A stretch of 64,000 bases of DNA from an uncultured Gammaproteobacteria bacterium. GTDB taxonomy: Bacteria > Pseudomonadota > Gammaproteobacteria > JAADHQ01. Location: NCBI GenBank assembly GCA_947258655.1, contig CAMYJD010000001.1:17242-81241 (forward strand). Direction: 5' to 3'. Every line of letters begins with the position of its first letter. Positions within the stretch are counted from its first letter, which is position 1. Both the position numbers and the translations under genes were made by a program. A model generated the notes under the pieces. It saw only the letters and a program-made list of their open reading frames with translations, was not told the DNA's origin and made no database searches. Positions 53,732 to 64,000 of this stretch are shown one piece after another.

Positions 53732-54099
53732 TTCGCTATAACCTTTACTTCTTCCTCGAATACGCCAACGATATCATAGGGCTTGATAAATGTTGTACGA
53801 TGCTCATATTCAATGGTCACGGTAAGAACACCCTTTTCATTCTTGATATGTATATTATCTTTGTTCACAGCTTTAACATCATCAATATTGAACTGCTTGA
53901 TCAGGATACTTAGCACTTCACTCTTCGGCATTTTGGTAACCTGTGGTACCTGGTGTAGACGCTCCAGCGCTGCGCGTACTTTATAGGCTTCCAGCTGTAT
54001 AGGTATTACTTTCAAACCGGTCAATATGAAAAAGCCGATCAGAACCAAAACTGTCAACCAACCTATACCGGTCATACCTTTCTGTTTATTATGTATCAT
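53728..54099 (-). CDS. DUF4845-like membrane protein
   Basis: KQKGMT followed by TM helix; conserved position between lepB and rnc. Confidence 0.8.
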   Translation of the reverse strand: MIHNKQKGMTGIGWLTVLVLIGFFILTGLKVIPIQLEAYKVRAALERLHQVPQVTKMPKSEVLSILIKQFNIDDVKAVNKDNIHIKNEKGVLTVTIEYEHRTTFIKPYDIVGVFEEEVKVIAN

Positions 54100-54117
54100 A
54101 ATCCGACCTCTTCAGTG

Positions 54118-54909
54118 TTACTCTATCGTTTGCCCTATTCGCGATGTATCCAGTCCATCACCATCAGAATCCCAGTGCATCCAGATCATAAATGCCTTGC
54201 CTACCAGATTTTCATCAGGCACAGCACACCAGAAACGGCTGTCATTACTATAATCCCTGTTATCGCCCATGACAAAGTAATGTCCCGCGGGCACCTCGAA
54301 ATAGCGGCCATCCTGCATACAGGGGTACGCATAATCGGGTTGTTCTTCCCTAACCAGAATCTTATGACTGACGCTATCGATCGCTTCATCGCTGATCCTG
54401 GTGCCGGTATAGTTAACCCCTGAACCTGAGCCTATATAGATACCATGCTGTTTGTAATCCAGTTTCTTCCCATTTATATAGAGCATTTTACCAACGTATT
54501 CAATACGATCACCCGGCAATCCGATGACACGTTTGATATAATCGGTGCCCGGATCGGCCGGATACCTGAACACAAGCACATCTCCACGCTGTGGATCTTC
54601 ATTATCCATTATTTTTTTATTAATCACCGGCAACCTGATCCCATAGGCATATTTATTGACCAGAATAAAATCGCCGGCCAACAAGGTCGGCATCATCGAA
54701 CCCGACGGGATTCTGAACGGTTCAAATAAAAATGATCGCAATAACAGTACGACCAGGATAATCGGAAAAAATGAGCGGGCATATTCGACGATGACCGGTT
54801 CCTTTTCCTTGTCTTCCCTGCGGGGCTTCCACAGCAGAACATCGGCCAGCCATATCAATCCGGTCACAACTGATGCCAGAAATAAAATCGTCGGAAAATC
54901 AAAATTCAT
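54118..54909 (-). CDS. lepB: Signal peptidase I
   Basis: EPFRIPSGSMMPTL, DYIKRVIGLPGD, GDNRDYSNDSR. Confidence 0.98.
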   Translation of the reverse strand: MNFDFPTILFLASVVTGLIWLADVLLWKPRREDKEKEPVIVEYARSFFPIILVVLLLRSFLFEPFRIPSGSMMPTLLAGDFILVNKYAYGIRLPVINKKIMDNEDPQRGDVLVFRYPADPGTDYIKRVIGLPGDRIEYVGKMLYINGKKLDYKQHGIYIGSGSGVNYTGTRISDEAIDSVSHKILVREEQPDYAYPCMQDGRYFEVPAGHYFVMGDNRDYSNDSRFWCAVPDENLVGKAFMIWMHWDSDGDGLDTSRIGQTIE

Positions 54910-54937
54910 AACATTACCTCAGGTCCTGAACCCGGAA

Positions 54938-56734
54938 TTATTTTTTATCACTTACTCTTAACACCGCTAAAAATGCCTCCTGCGGTATCTCGACCTTGCC
55001 AACCTGCTTCATACGCTTTTTACCCGCTTTCTGTTTCTCCAGCAGTTTTCTCTTACGGGTAATATCACCACCGTAACACTTGGCTGTGACATTTTTTCGT
55101 AAGGCCTTGACCGTGGTGCGTGCGATTATTTGCGCACCTATAGCGGACTGGATGGCTACATCGAACATCTGCCGTGGAATGATCTCACGCATTTTTTCGG
55201 CCAGCTCACGCCCCCTGCGTTGACTGTGCTCTCTGTGTATGATGTTCGACAAGGCATCCACGCGCTCACCATTAATCAGCACATCCAGCTTGACCAGATC
55301 GGCGGACTGGAAACGCAGAAAATGATAATCAAATGAAGCATAGCCGCGACTGACAGATTTGAGACGATCAAAAAAGTCGAGCACTACCTCACTCATCGGC
55401 ATTTCATAGACAATGGAAACCTGTTTACCCATGTACTGCATGTTTTTCTGCACACCGCGTTTTTCTATACACAAACTTATGACGGCGCCAACATAGTCCT
55501 GAGGTACAAGAATATTGGCCTGAATTATCGGCTCACGGATCTCATCGATCTTGTTAACTGCCGGAAGGCTGGACGGATTATCGATGGACAGGATCTCTCC
55601 ACTGGTTGCCAACACCTCATAGATAACCGTCGGTGCTGTTGTTATCAGATCAAGATCGTACTCTCGTTCCAGCCTCTCCTGTACGATTTCCATATGCAAC
55701 ATGCCGAGAAAACCAATACGGAAACCAAATCCGAGTGCATCGGATGTTTCAGGCTCGTACTGCAGGGCAGAATCATTGAGGCGTAGCTTTTGTAACGCCT
55801 CCCTGAAATCTTCATAGTCATCCGAACTAACCGGAAACAGTCCGGCGAATACACGCGGCTGTAATTTCTGGAAACCGGGCAGTGCTTCATCTGATGGATT
55901 AGCAAAGGTTGTCAGGGTATCACCCACAGGTGCACCATCGACATCCTTGATACCTGCAATAACAAAACCGACATCGCCAGCAGATAAACCGTCCGTATTT
56001 GTGCGCTTGGGTGTAAAAATGCCCACATGGTCGACCTGATAGGTCGTACCTGTAGACATGACCTTTATTTTCTGTTTTGGCTTTATACTGCCATTGATGA
56101 TACGCACAAGTGAAATAACACCGACAAAATTATCGAACCATGAATCGATAATCAGTGCCTGCAGGGGTTTGTCAACATCACCCTCTGGAGCCGGTATTCT
56201 GTGAACCAGATGGTTAAGCAGGTCCTCGACACCAAGGCCGGTCTTGGCACTGACCTCGATTGCATCAACGGCCTCAATGCCGATTATGTCCTCAATCTCC
56301 TGAATGACACGTTCCGGTTCCGCAGAGGGCAGATCGATTTTATTTAATACCGGCACCACTTCCAGTCCCAGATCGATGGCGGTATAACAATTGGCCACAC
56401 TCTGGGCTTCTACCCCCTGCGATGCATCCACAACTAGTAGAGCGCCCTCACAGGCTGCCAGTGACCGTGAAACCTCATAAGAGAAATCGACATGTCCCGG
56501 TGTATCGATAAAGTTCAGTTTGTAAGTGTTCCCGTCCTGGGCCTTGTAATCCAGCGAAACACACTGTGCCTTGATGGTAATACCCCGCTCGCGTTCCAGG
56601 TCCATCGAATCCAGCACCTGTGCCTGCATCTCACGATCACTGAGGCCACCACATATCTGGATAAAACGGTCAGCCAGTGTTGACTTGCCATGATCGATAT
56701 GGGCAATAATGGAAAAATTTCGAATATACTGCAT
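54938..56734 (-). CDS. lepA: Elongation factor 4 (LepA)
   Basis: [47 protein letters not shown]. Confidence 0.99.
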   Translation of the reverse strand: MQYIRNFSIIAHIDHGKSTLADRFIQICGGLSDREMQAQVLDSMDLERERGITIKAQCVSLDYKAQDGNTYKLNFIDTPGHVDFSYEVSRSLAACEGALLVVDASQGVEAQSVANCYTAIDLGLEVVPVLNKIDLPSAEPERVIQEIEDIIGIEAVDAIEVSAKTGLGVEDLLNHLVHRIPAPEGDVDKPLQALIIDSWFDNFVGVISLVRIINGSIKPKQKIKVMSTGTTYQVDHVGIFTPKRTNTDGLSAGDVGFVIAGIKDVDGAPVGDTLTTFANPSDEALPGFQKLQPRVFAGLFPVSSDDYEDFREALQKLRLNDSALQYEPETSDALGFGFRIGFLGMLHMEIVQERLEREYDLDLITTAPTVIYEVLATSGEILSIDNPSSLPAVNKIDEIREPIIQANILVPQDYVGAVISLCIEKRGVQKNMQYMGKQVSIVYEMPMSEVVLDFFDRLKSVSRGYASFDYHFLRFQSADLVKLDVLINGERVDALSNIIHREHSQRRGRELAEKMREIIPRQMFDVAIQSAIGAQIIARTTVKALRKNVTAKCYGGDITRKRKLLEKQKAGKKRMKQVGKVEIPQEAFLAVLRVSDKK

Positions 56735-56735
56735 A

Positions 56736-56987
56736 TTATTTTGTTGCTAGTTTGCCCATTAGCTCCCTGAAACGTTTTACGTCCAGGTAGAAATGACACA
56801 CTTCCTGTTGCTGGCACACTAACACTGGTACCTTGTTACCGTATTGTCTCTCAAGATCATCTTTACCTGTAATCTCGATTGTAGAAACATCAATTTCATA
56901 CTCATTTGCGAGAATTTCCAGATGCTCCAGCATTTCATCACATAGATGACACCCATAGCGAATATAAACCTGAAACTGTACTGACAT
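56736..56987 (-). CDS. Glutaredoxin-like protein (DUF836 type)
   Basis: GCHLC motif, [14 protein letters not shown]. Confidence 0.85.
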   Translation of the reverse strand: MSVQFQVYIRYGCHLCDEMLEHLEILANEYEIDVSTIEITGKDDLERQYGNKVPVLVCQQQEVCHFYLDVKRFRELMGKLATK

Positions 56988-57242
56988 TATCCTGCTCGCG
57001 CCGTCATTGCTAGAAGGAAAAATGGCCCCTGAAATACCCGCAGACCGTTACAGTGACAATTGCCGCCATAATCAATTCATTATACCGTGTAAACAGTAGT
57101 ACAGGCCAGCCGTATTTCCTCCCGAAATCATATATTTGGCATACATTTAGGTAACCTGCCCAGACGCACAAGTCAAATGTCCGATGCAGACAAATACATA
57201 TCCCGTATCGGGCTTAGCAGGAGGAGGTATCCTGGGACAGGA

Positions 57243-57695
57243 TTAGTGAATCCGACGCAAGATTACCGGCTGATATTGCGATTGCCGTTCAGCCTTGTTG
57301 ATATAATATTTTTGCAGGACCCTGAAGCTGCCGATCAGGCCAGCAAGACCAAATAACATACTGACTGCATCCCTGTGCCCCCAACCCAGTGCATTATCGA
57401 GATAGGCACCTGCAATTGCTGCGCCAATCAGGCATAGTAAGGGCAGCATATAGATCAAAAATGAACCCTTGACGAGTGCCTGTTCCGGGATACCGACCAC
57501 AACCCGCTCCCCTGCCTTAACGTCGTGGTTATTGATAACCCGCAGCCGATTTGGCTTGCGCTTGAACCACTTCTGCAAACTGGCAGTACCGCAGGCCTGG
57601 TTGGCAGCACAATGGGAACAACTGTTGCTGCTGGCCGCCTCAACCCAGGCGTAACGCTCATCGGCCTCGACAATCTGCCCGGTTTCCTCGATCAT
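57243..57695 (-). CDS. rseC: RseC/MucC family protein
   Basis: MIEETG, SCSHC...ACG, YMLPL plus two TM helices. Confidence 0.92.
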   Translation of the reverse strand: MIEETGQIVEADERYAWVEAASSNSCSHCAANQACGTASLQKWFKRKPNRLRVINNHDVKAGERVVVGIPEQALVKGSFLIYMLPLLCLIGAAIAGAYLDNALGWGHRDAVSMLFGLAGLIGSFRVLQKYYINKAERQSQYQPVILRRIH

Positions 57696-57697
57696 GA

Positions 57698-58672
57698 TCA
57701 GCGCCCTGAATAGCGTACGGAATCAGCGATCATTTTGATCGCTGCGCGTGGCGCTTCACCGACAACCGTTACATAATGATTGGACATAACCGTGGTATAG
57801 GCATTCACGGCGCCGATACTGGAAAAACCCTTCATCATGGGTTTGCCGCTGTTCATCTCTTCAATATAGACCGAAACAGATGAAATCCCGTCGGTAAACA
57901 TCAGGTGCTCAACCGGCATACGACTGGTAGGCAAGCCATGGGTCTCGTGCATCCCCTGCATATATCCTGCCGGTAACTTCATCACCTTCCATTGACTTTG
58001 CTGCTGGCCTGAGCTCTGTGCAGATTTTTCTTCCTTGAACCATTGAAACCCCTGCGAACTGATGGTTGGCTCAAGACTTTCACCCGGTATATGCTCCTTG
58101 ATGCTGATTTGGGTAAACATAACCTGTTCCACCGCGTCTCCATTCTCGTTAACCAGGTCTGATTTTAGTAACATCCCGCTCTGTTCATCCACCCACAGAT
58201 GATATCCATAACGGTAAGGGTCCTTTGGATGTACATCTATCATGATGGCCTGCCTGCCTGTCATGCGCTCCTTGCCAACAACGCTGAAGGTATAATAGCG
58301 TTTCAGATCCGTGGTCACATGTTGCAGGCCGGTTGGAAGATAGTTTTTCGGCAGGCTCTTTTCAACTACGACGGATTTACTGTCAGGCAGGATACAGATC
58401 AGACGATCATTATTTCTGAGAATTTCACGTGGGGCGCCGGCCAATGATAATAGTCGTTCCTTCTCGGTTCCATTTTCATTGCTGTGCACAATGTGCATGG
58501 TTTCCATTTGTTTACCGTGGATAAAAACAAAAATTCCTTCATAATTCAGTGTTTTCATCGCCACAGACATCCGTTCCAGCAGTGCCTGTGCGCGCTTCTC
58601 ACTGGAATCAGCTGCAGCCTGGGCAGCAAACAATACAAACCAGGCAGCGACAAGGTTTCTTAACAATAACAT
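57698..58672 (-). CDS. rseB: Sigma-E regulatory protein RseB/MucB
   Basis: LNYEGIFV, ERLLSLAGAPREILR, PKDPYRYGY, FTDGISSVSVYIE, TVVGEAP. Confidence 0.93.
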   Translation of the reverse strand: MLLLRNLVAAWFVLFAAQAAADSSEKRAQALLERMSVAMKTLNYEGIFVFIHGKQMETMHIVHSNENGTEKERLLSLAGAPREILRNNDRLICILPDSKSVVVEKSLPKNYLPTGLQHVTTDLKRYYTFSVVGKERMTGRQAIMIDVHPKDPYRYGYHLWVDEQSGMLLKSDLVNENGDAVEQVMFTQISIKEHIPGESLEPTISSQGFQWFKEEKSAQSSGQQQSQWKVMKLPAGYMQGMHETHGLPTSRMPVEHLMFTDGISSVSVYIEEMNSGKPMMKGFSSIGAVNAYTTVMSNHYVTVVGEAPRAAIKMIADSVRYSGR

Positions 58673-58714
58673 CCCGACTTTAATCCTTAGCTACAAAAGC
58701 CACGTAAATATAAT

Positions 58715-59278
58715 TTATCGATCCTGTCTGCTGTCATAGCCGGCGATCCGGGCATAATTGATCATCCCTTGCAGGCTGATGCCGGACGTGTACTCGCTAT
58801 GATTAACCAGGTAACCATTCAAACGGTTTTCTGTCTCCGGCTGCTGCATATTCCAGCGTGTACCCGATACACGTTGTATCGATGTTGCAGGCTGTGTCTG
58901 CGCCAGGCGTGGCGCGTCCTGATAGGGAGATTGCCCCTGACCAATATTCTGCAGACCGATGATTGCCATTGCCGCGACCGATGCAGCAATCGCCAATCCG
59001 GCAACCGGCTTCATCATCCTGAGCCCAGCCACCGATGATTGTGATGTGGATACAATGGCGGGTTCACGCTCAATCTCATGCCTGATATCCTCGCGTAAGT
59101 CCGGATGCGCTGCCGCATTGAGATTATGTCGTATGGCATCGCCAATAAGCTGATAACGGCTCCAGGATGATTGCATCTGTGGATCTCGTTGCAAGCGATG
59201 CAGTAACAGCTCCTGCTCCTGATCTTCCAACTCTTCATCGAACATTGCCGATATCTGTTCACCGATTTTTTCATTCAT
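58715..59278 (-). CDS. rseA: Anti-sigma-E factor RseA/MucA
   Basis: EQISAMFDEEL, WSRYQLIGDAIR, TM LAIAASVAA, LNGYLVNH; start ATG 59278. Confidence 0.92.
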   Translation of the reverse strand: MNEKIGEQISAMFDEELEDQEQELLLHRLQRDPQMQSSWSRYQLIGDAIRHNLNAAAHPDLREDIRHEIEREPAIVSTSQSSVAGLRMMKPVAGLAIAASVAAMAIIGLQNIGQGQSPYQDAPRLAQTQPATSIQRVSGTRWNMQQPETENRLNGYLVNHSEYTSGISLQGMINYARIAGYDSRQDR

Positions 59279-59351
59279 TACTGCATGCCTCAAATCTATC
59301 TGTTACAAAGGTATTTCACCGCCGGCTCTTGCCTGTTTGCATCGAACCGGA

Positions 59352-59924
59352 TTATAACAACGGTTTCAATTTCGCATCTATCGCCTCACGCGCCCTGAAT
59401 ATCCTTGAGCGCACGGTTCCGACCGGACAGTCCATTGCTGTAGCTATATCCTCATAACTCAAACCTTCAATCTCACGCAGGGTAATAGCCGTGCGTAAAT
59501 CCTCGGGTAGATCTTCTATTGCCTGATTGACGGTGTTTTGTATTTCCTCCGTCAGTAACATCCTTTCTGGCGTAGCATTTTCTCGTAAAGATCCTGCATC
59601 CATAAATTGTTCAGCCTCCTCGGCAGCCACGTCATTACCCGGGGGGCGCCTGCTCTGCGCCACCAGGTAGTTCTTGGCAGTATTAATGGCGATACGATAG
59701 ATCCACGTATAAAACGCACTGTCACCACGAAAATTTCCCAATGCCCGGTAGGCCTTAAGGAAAGCTTCCTGGGCAACATCCTGTGCCTCATGCGGATCAT
59801 GGACAAAACGGCTGACGAGATTGACTATCTTGCTCTGGTACTTCAGTACCAGCAGATCAAACGCATGCTTGTCGCCATTCTGCACTTTCCTGACCAGTTC
59901 CTGGTCAACATTTTTTCCTGCCAT
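59352..59924 (-). CDS. rpoE: RNA polymerase sigma factor RpoE (AlgU)
   Basis: DQELV, AFDLLVLKYQ, FRGDSAFYTWIYRIAIN, CPVGTVRSRIFRARE; start at ATG 59924. Confidence 0.97.
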   Translation of the reverse strand: MAGKNVDQELVRKVQNGDKHAFDLLVLKYQSKIVNLVSRFVHDPHEAQDVAQEAFLKAYRALGNFRGDSAFYTWIYRIAINTAKNYLVAQSRRPPGNDVAAEEAEQFMDAGSLRENATPERMLLTEEIQNTVNQAIEDLPEDLRTAITLREIEGLSYEDIATAMDCPVGTVRSRIFRAREAIDAKLKPLL

Positions 59925-59972
59925 CAGGGCCTTTCCCCTTGTCCTGGAATTCACCCCTGACCAACACTGAAT

Positions 59973-59999
59973 ATTGACAGCGAGAATAGGGCTTAGTTC
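59973..59999 (-). promoter_or_regulatory. Sigma-E autoregulatory promoter of rpoE
   Basis: Minus strand GAACTA-N16-TCAAT (consensus GAACTT-N16-TCAAA), about 50 nt upstream of the rpoE ATG. Confidence 0.65.
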
Positions 60000-60181
60000 G
60001 GCTGCTAATTTAAATAACGGCCTATTTTCAACTATTTGAACTGATTTAACAATGATCGCCCGTGAACCATCCATTGACTGGGCCCGCTTAAGGATAAAAT
60101 CCTTGCCAAGGTACCCGAATATCCAGACCAAACCCGATTCCCTGTTGAACATGGGCCATGGTCTGTTGCACTATGTATAAT

Positions 60182-61801
60182 ATGAACAAATACAATAAAT
60201 TCGATGTATTAATCATTGGTAGCGGCGTTGCAGGATTGAGTCTTGCACTCCGACTGAACCCCCGTCTAAGGGTGGCACTGCTATCCAAAACACGCTTGTC
60301 GGAAGGTTCCAGTCTTTACGCCCAGGGAGGCATTGCTGCGGTCCTCGACAAGGAGGACAGCTATGAATCCCATATACAGGACACCCTTAATGCCGGTGCC
60401 GGTCTGTGCTCAGCCGAGATTGTACGCCATGTCGTCGAGCATGGCCCGCAAGCCATTCAATGGCTGATAGATCAAAAGGTGCCGTTCAGCTTTATCGACG
60501 ATAATCATCCGGAATCCGGATACCACCTGACCCGCGAAGGCGGTCACAGCCACCGTCGGGTCATTCATGCCGCCGACGCGACCGGATATGCGGTCGAAAA
60601 CACGCTCGAGCAACAGGTTAAATCAAGAAATAACATCCAACTGTTTGAAAACCATATCGCGATCGACCTGATTACAGGTGCCAAACTGGGATTGCAACAA
60701 GACCGTTGCTATGGCGCATATGTGCTCGATCGGGATAAAAACCACACCGAGGTATTCGAGGCACCCTATGTCGTGCTGGCCAGTGGTGGTGCCAGCAAGG
60801 TATATCTGTATACCAGCAATCCTGATACATCGACCGGCGATGGCATCGCAATGGCCTGGCGCGCCGGCTGCAGGGTCGCCAACATGGAATTCAACCAGTT
60901 CCACCCCACCTGTCTCTATCACCCCAGGGCAAAATCATTCCTGGTCACCGAGGCGTTACGAGGCGAAGGTGCACGGCTGTTACTTCCCGATGGCCATCGC
61001 TTCATGCAGGAATTTGACGAACGCGCCGAACTCGCACCACGGGATATCGTGGCGCGCGCAATCGACCATGAAATGAAGCGCCTGGGTGCCGATTTCGTCT
61101 ATCTGGATATCAGCCACAAACCGACAGAATTTATCAAACACCACTTTCCGACAATTTACGCCAAGTGCCTGGAGTTCGATTACGATATCAGCGAAGAACC
61201 GATCCCGGTGGTTCCGGCAGCGCATTATACTTGCGGCGGTGTCATGACCGACCTGGCGGGCAAAACCGACCTGTCAGGCCTGTATGCTAGCGGAGAAACG
61301 GCGTTTACCGGCCTGCACGGCGCCAACCGTATGGCCAGTAATTCATTACTCGAATGCCTGGTATTTTCCGCCGCAGCAGCCGAAGATATCAATAGCGAAG
61401 CTGCGACGACCATCCAGATACCCAACTTACCCGCCTGGGATGAAAGTCGGGTAACGGATTCCGATGAAGAGGTCGTCGTTTCGCATAACTGGGACGAACT
61501 GAGACGCTTTATGTGGGACTACGTCGGTATCGTGCGTACCAATAAACGCCTGCAGCGTGCCAAAAGCCGGGTTGACCTGCTGTTGCATGAGATCAATGAA
61601 TATTATGGTAATTTTCGCATTACCAGCGATCTGATCGAGCTGCGCAATCTTGCCGTGGTCGCAGATCTGATCATTCGCTCGGCACAGTCACGCCGTGAAA
61701 GCAGGGGCCTGCATTATACCCTCGATTACCCGCAGACCGATCTGACCTCTACACCCCACAATACGGTTCTGACACCAACTCACAAGCGTGCAACTGAGTA
61801 G
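60182..61801 (+). CDS. nadB: L-aspartate oxidase
   Basis: [60 protein letters not shown]; divergent from rpoE. Confidence 0.98.
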   Translation: MNKYNKFDVLIIGSGVAGLSLALRLNPRLRVALLSKTRLSEGSSLYAQGGIAAVLDKEDSYESHIQDTLNAGAGLCSAEIVRHVVEHGPQAIQWLIDQKVPFSFIDDNHPESGYHLTREGGHSHRRVIHAADATGYAVENTLEQQVKSRNNIQLFENHIAIDLITGAKLGLQQDRCYGAYVLDRDKNHTEVFEAPYVVLASGGASKVYLYTSNPDTSTGDGIAMAWRAGCRVANMEFNQFHPTCLYHPRAKSFLVTEALRGEGARLLLPDGHRFMQEFDERAELAPRDIVARAIDHEMKRLGADFVYLDISHKPTEFIKHHFPTIYAKCLEFDYDISEEPIPVVPAAHYTCGGVMTDLAGKTDLSGLYASGETAFTGLHGANRMASNSLLECLVFSAAAAEDINSEAATTIQIPNLPAWDESRVTDSDEEVVVSHNWDELRRFMWDYVGIVRTNKRLQRAKSRVDLLLHEINEYYGNFRITSDLIELRNLAVVADLIIRSAQSRRESRGLHYTLDYPQTDLTSTPHNTVLTPTHKRATE

Positions 61802-61866
61802 CTAGACTGATGATTACATGCCACATTGCTGGCATTCAGGAAACGGGAAACAGTATAGGTACGGCC

Positions 61867-61918
61867 ATATGTAGCAATTGCTACATATATGGTCTATTAT
61901 GTGTATATAGCAATATAC
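61867..61918. promoter_or_regulatory. Palindromic operator(s) upstream of the Xre antitoxin
   Basis: Perfect 22-bp palindrome ATATGTAGCAATTGCTACATAT (61867-61888) and a second dyad GTATAT-agca-ATATAC (61903-61918); both contain TAGCAAT. Confidence 0.7.
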
Positions 61919-61930
61919 GTGAGAATCCAC

Positions 61931-62302
61931 ATGAAAACCATTGAAAAGATTCGGCCAGCTCAGAAGACTGTACTTTGCAAGGCATTCTTCAATTGTCAGC
62001 AAGCGCTGGGCATGACCCAGGAAGACCTGGGCCGGGTCATCGGCCTGGACCGGACCACCGTATCGCGGCTCAAATCACGCGGGGAACTGGACCCCGAATC
62101 GAAAGAAGGTGAACTGGCTGCCTTCCTGATCCGCATTTACCGTTCACTGTATGCATTAACGGGTGGCGACCAGCAGGCCATGCAACACTGGATGCAGACC
62201 GACAATCATCACCTGAACGGACGCCCGCTCAATCTGGTGGGACAGATCCAGGGCTTGATACGTACTCTGGAATACCTCGATGCGATCAGGGGAAAAGTGT
62301 AG
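61931..62302 (+). CDS. Xre/MbcA/ParS-family antitoxin (HTH plus toxin-binding domain)
   Basis: HTH LGMTQEDLGRVIGLDRTTVSRL; IRIYRSLYALTGG...HWM...N..L.GRP; C-terminal YLDAIRGKV; abuts the RES gene. Confidence 0.88.
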   Translation: MKTIEKIRPAQKTVLCKAFFNCQQALGMTQEDLGRVIGLDRTTVSRLKSRGELDPESKEGELAAFLIRIYRSLYALTGGDQQAMQHWMQTDNHHLNGRPLNLVGQIQGLIRTLEYLDAIRGKV

Positions 62303-63061
62303 ATGACGGACATCTGGACGGCGTGTGCAGGCCAGGAGCGATCCCGGAGATTGGATACGCTGGCCTTTCGTATTATCGAATCACAGGAAAAAGTGGCGAC
62401 CATGACACTGGTCGATAGCACAGAAGAGCAGATGCTACTGGAAGCGATTCTGGAAGACAGCAAACCCCCAACTGTTAATAACCATGGAACGCATCATTAT
62501 CTGATCACAACTCCCTTCCGTTATCCGCCATTACGCCATGGCTCAAGGTTTGGATTGCGTACACGCCCGGGGCTCTATTACGGCTCACTGGAAACCAGGA
62601 CTGCACTGGCAGAATGTGCCTACTACCGCTTCGTGTTCTGGCAAGGCATGTCAGAACCACCGCCGCTACCACGCATCATGACGGATCACACCACGTTCGC
62701 GGTTACGGTCAAGACCGAAAAAGGTATTCTCCTGCACGAGCACCCTTTTACAGCCTTCAGGGAGCAAATCAGCAGCCCTGACAGCTATCAGGCCACCCAG
62801 GCACTAGGGGAAGCCATGCGTGGTGCGAATATCGAGGCCTTTACCTACCCTTCCGCGCGTGATAATGATAACGGAATTAATATCGGCATATATTCACCGA
62901 CAGCTATCAAAAGCAAGCGTCCATTACGCAAACAACTCTGGTCGTGCATTACCACCGCCGAACAGGTCTCGTTTATACGCCTGCATTCGAAAAACGACCC
63001 GTTCAACTTCCCGCTGCAACAGTTTTTGGCAAATGGGGTATTACCGATGCCCGCGTGTTAA
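62303..63061 (+). CDS. RES-domain toxin (NAD+ phosphorylase/NADase family)
   Basis: R-E-S residues in FRIIESQE, ALAECAYYR and YPSAR; TPFRYPPLRHGSRFG. Confidence 0.88.
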   Translation: MTDIWTACAGQERSRRLDTLAFRIIESQEKVATMTLVDSTEEQMLLEAILEDSKPPTVNNHGTHHYLITTPFRYPPLRHGSRFGLRTRPGLYYGSLETRTALAECAYYRFVFWQGMSEPPPLPRIMTDHTTFAVTVKTEKGILLHEHPFTAFREQISSPDSYQATQALGEAMRGANIEAFTYPSARDNDNGINIGIYSPTAIKSKRPLRKQLWSCITTAEQVSFIRLHSKNDPFNFPLQQFLANGVLPMPAC

Positions 63062-63510
63062 CCTGATCGCAGTTTTTCCTCATGCTGCATCTCGTGGGAA
63101 ACCAATACAGCAATATCACTCATTTGCTCTGCGATTAGTTCGACAATATCATCCACTGACAATATGCCTTCCAGACCGCCGTGTTGGTTTACCACGGGTA
63201 GTCGCCTGATTCCTTTGCTACGCATCAACTTCAGGGCATCCGGAATCTTTGTATCCTCGTTGACGGTCAGCAATTCGTAACTCATAACGTCACCCACAGT
63301 GACAGCACCCGGATCAACATCTTTGGCAAGCATCTCCATAACAATGTCACGATCCGTCAAAATGCCTAATGGCACTGGCACATCTTCCTGCCTATCCACG
63401 ACGACAACATCACCCACATGATGACTGCGCATCAAGCCGATGGCTTCACGGACTGATTCCGTCTTTTCCATGATGACCACATTGCGAGTACAATATTCTC
63501 CGGCAGACAT
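63058..63510 (-). CDS. Stand-alone CBS-pair protein
   Basis: MRSHHVGDVVVV, GILTDRDIV, GIRRLPVV, GILSVDDI. Confidence 0.92.
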   Translation of the reverse strand: MSAGEYCTRNVVIMEKTESVREAIGLMRSHHVGDVVVVDRQEDVPVPLGILTDRDIVMEMLAKDVDPGAVTVGDVMSYELLTVNEDTKIPDALKLMRSKGIRRLPVVNQHGGLEGILSVDDIVELIAEQMSDIAVLVSHEMQHEEKLRSG

Positions 63511-63561
63511 AGAATTGTCCTTCTCTCTATACAGCTATGATATCGTCAATAGCAATCGGCA

Positions 63562-64000
63562 TTAATGTATATGGTGTTTTCCTTCAATATATACCGTACT
63601 TGCCTGGGCTCCATTCTCACCCATTTCTTCATTAAAATGCACCAGTTTACCGACTTCAAGCGCGTCAAAGTCATCGTTAATGACACTATTACGGTGAAAA
63701 TAGACCTCCCGATTATCCGAAGTTTCAATCACCCCATAGTCCTGCTCGGGATTAAGGGTCTTGATAAAGCCATGCGGTTCCATTTCATGTGTTTTAACCT
63801 TACCTCTACGACGCCTGACATAATCCTCCAGCTGTCGACGTGCCGCATCAAAAGCATCGCGCATCGCTACATAGATATCCTCATGTGCTTGATGCTTATC
63901 GGGATGACGATTGGCCAGGATCTCCTCACCGGGAAGGGTAATATCGATCGCAACGGTATACAGGTTACCCTTGTGATGATGTTTATGCGGGGCTTCGACA
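63562..64000 (-). CDS. HPF/RaiA-family ribosome-associated protein fused to a cold-shock domain (5' end beyond window)
   Basis: Frame is open to the window edge: VEAPHKHHHKGNLYTVAIDITLPG...HEDIYVAMRDAFDAARRQLED, then CSD-like DYGVIETSDNREVYFHRNSV. Confidence 0.85.
   Translation of the reverse strand, partial: VEAPHKHHHKGNLYTVAIDITLPGEEILANRHPDKHQAHEDIYVAMRDAFDAARRQLEDYVRRRRGKVKTHEMEPHGFIKTLNPEQDYGVIETSDNREVYFHRNSVINDDFDALEVGKLVHFNEEMGENGAQASTVYIEGKHHIH

Noticed and set aside
59925-60152. 76-codon in-frame N-terminal extension of rpoE in the ORF track
   Set aside because: It spans the sigma-E promoter and the nadB divergent promoter region; RpoE homology begins at ATG 59924
61889-61930. Upstream start of the antitoxin ORF (137 aa)
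   Set aside because: The extension runs through the operator dyad; ATG 61931 gives a typical antitoxin length

Overview
A 64-kb stretch of a gammaproteobacterial chromosome, almost entirely conserved housekeeping genes: rarA-lolA-ftsK-ald / trxB-aat-bpt-infA-clpA-clpS-cspD / nudJ-mnmA-hflD-purB-roxA / mfd / nagZ-hpt-mtnP / rlmD-cysM-barA / pdxJ-recO-era-rnc-lepB-lepA / rseCBA-rpoE-nadB. I saw no tRNA, rRNA, CRISPR array, transposase, integrase or phage gene. The items worth a second look are insertions and regulatory signals inside this backbone. (1) A peptide ABC transporter with a lipoprotein binding protein and no ATPase gene lies directly upstream of nagZ, a candidate muropeptide importer. 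(2) A perfect FNR box with a correctly spaced -10 element precedes a 34-codon membrane peptide gene. (3) An Xre/RES toxin-antitoxin pair (NAD+-consuming family) sits immediately after nadB, with a 22-bp palindromic operator. (4) An mlaFEDAC operon with a non-lipidated MlaA and no mlaB splits mnmA from hflD. (5) Sigma-28-like promoters recur in front of the inserted signalling genes. All annotations come from motif recognition by eye. No database search was run, and the functional hypotheses are inference.
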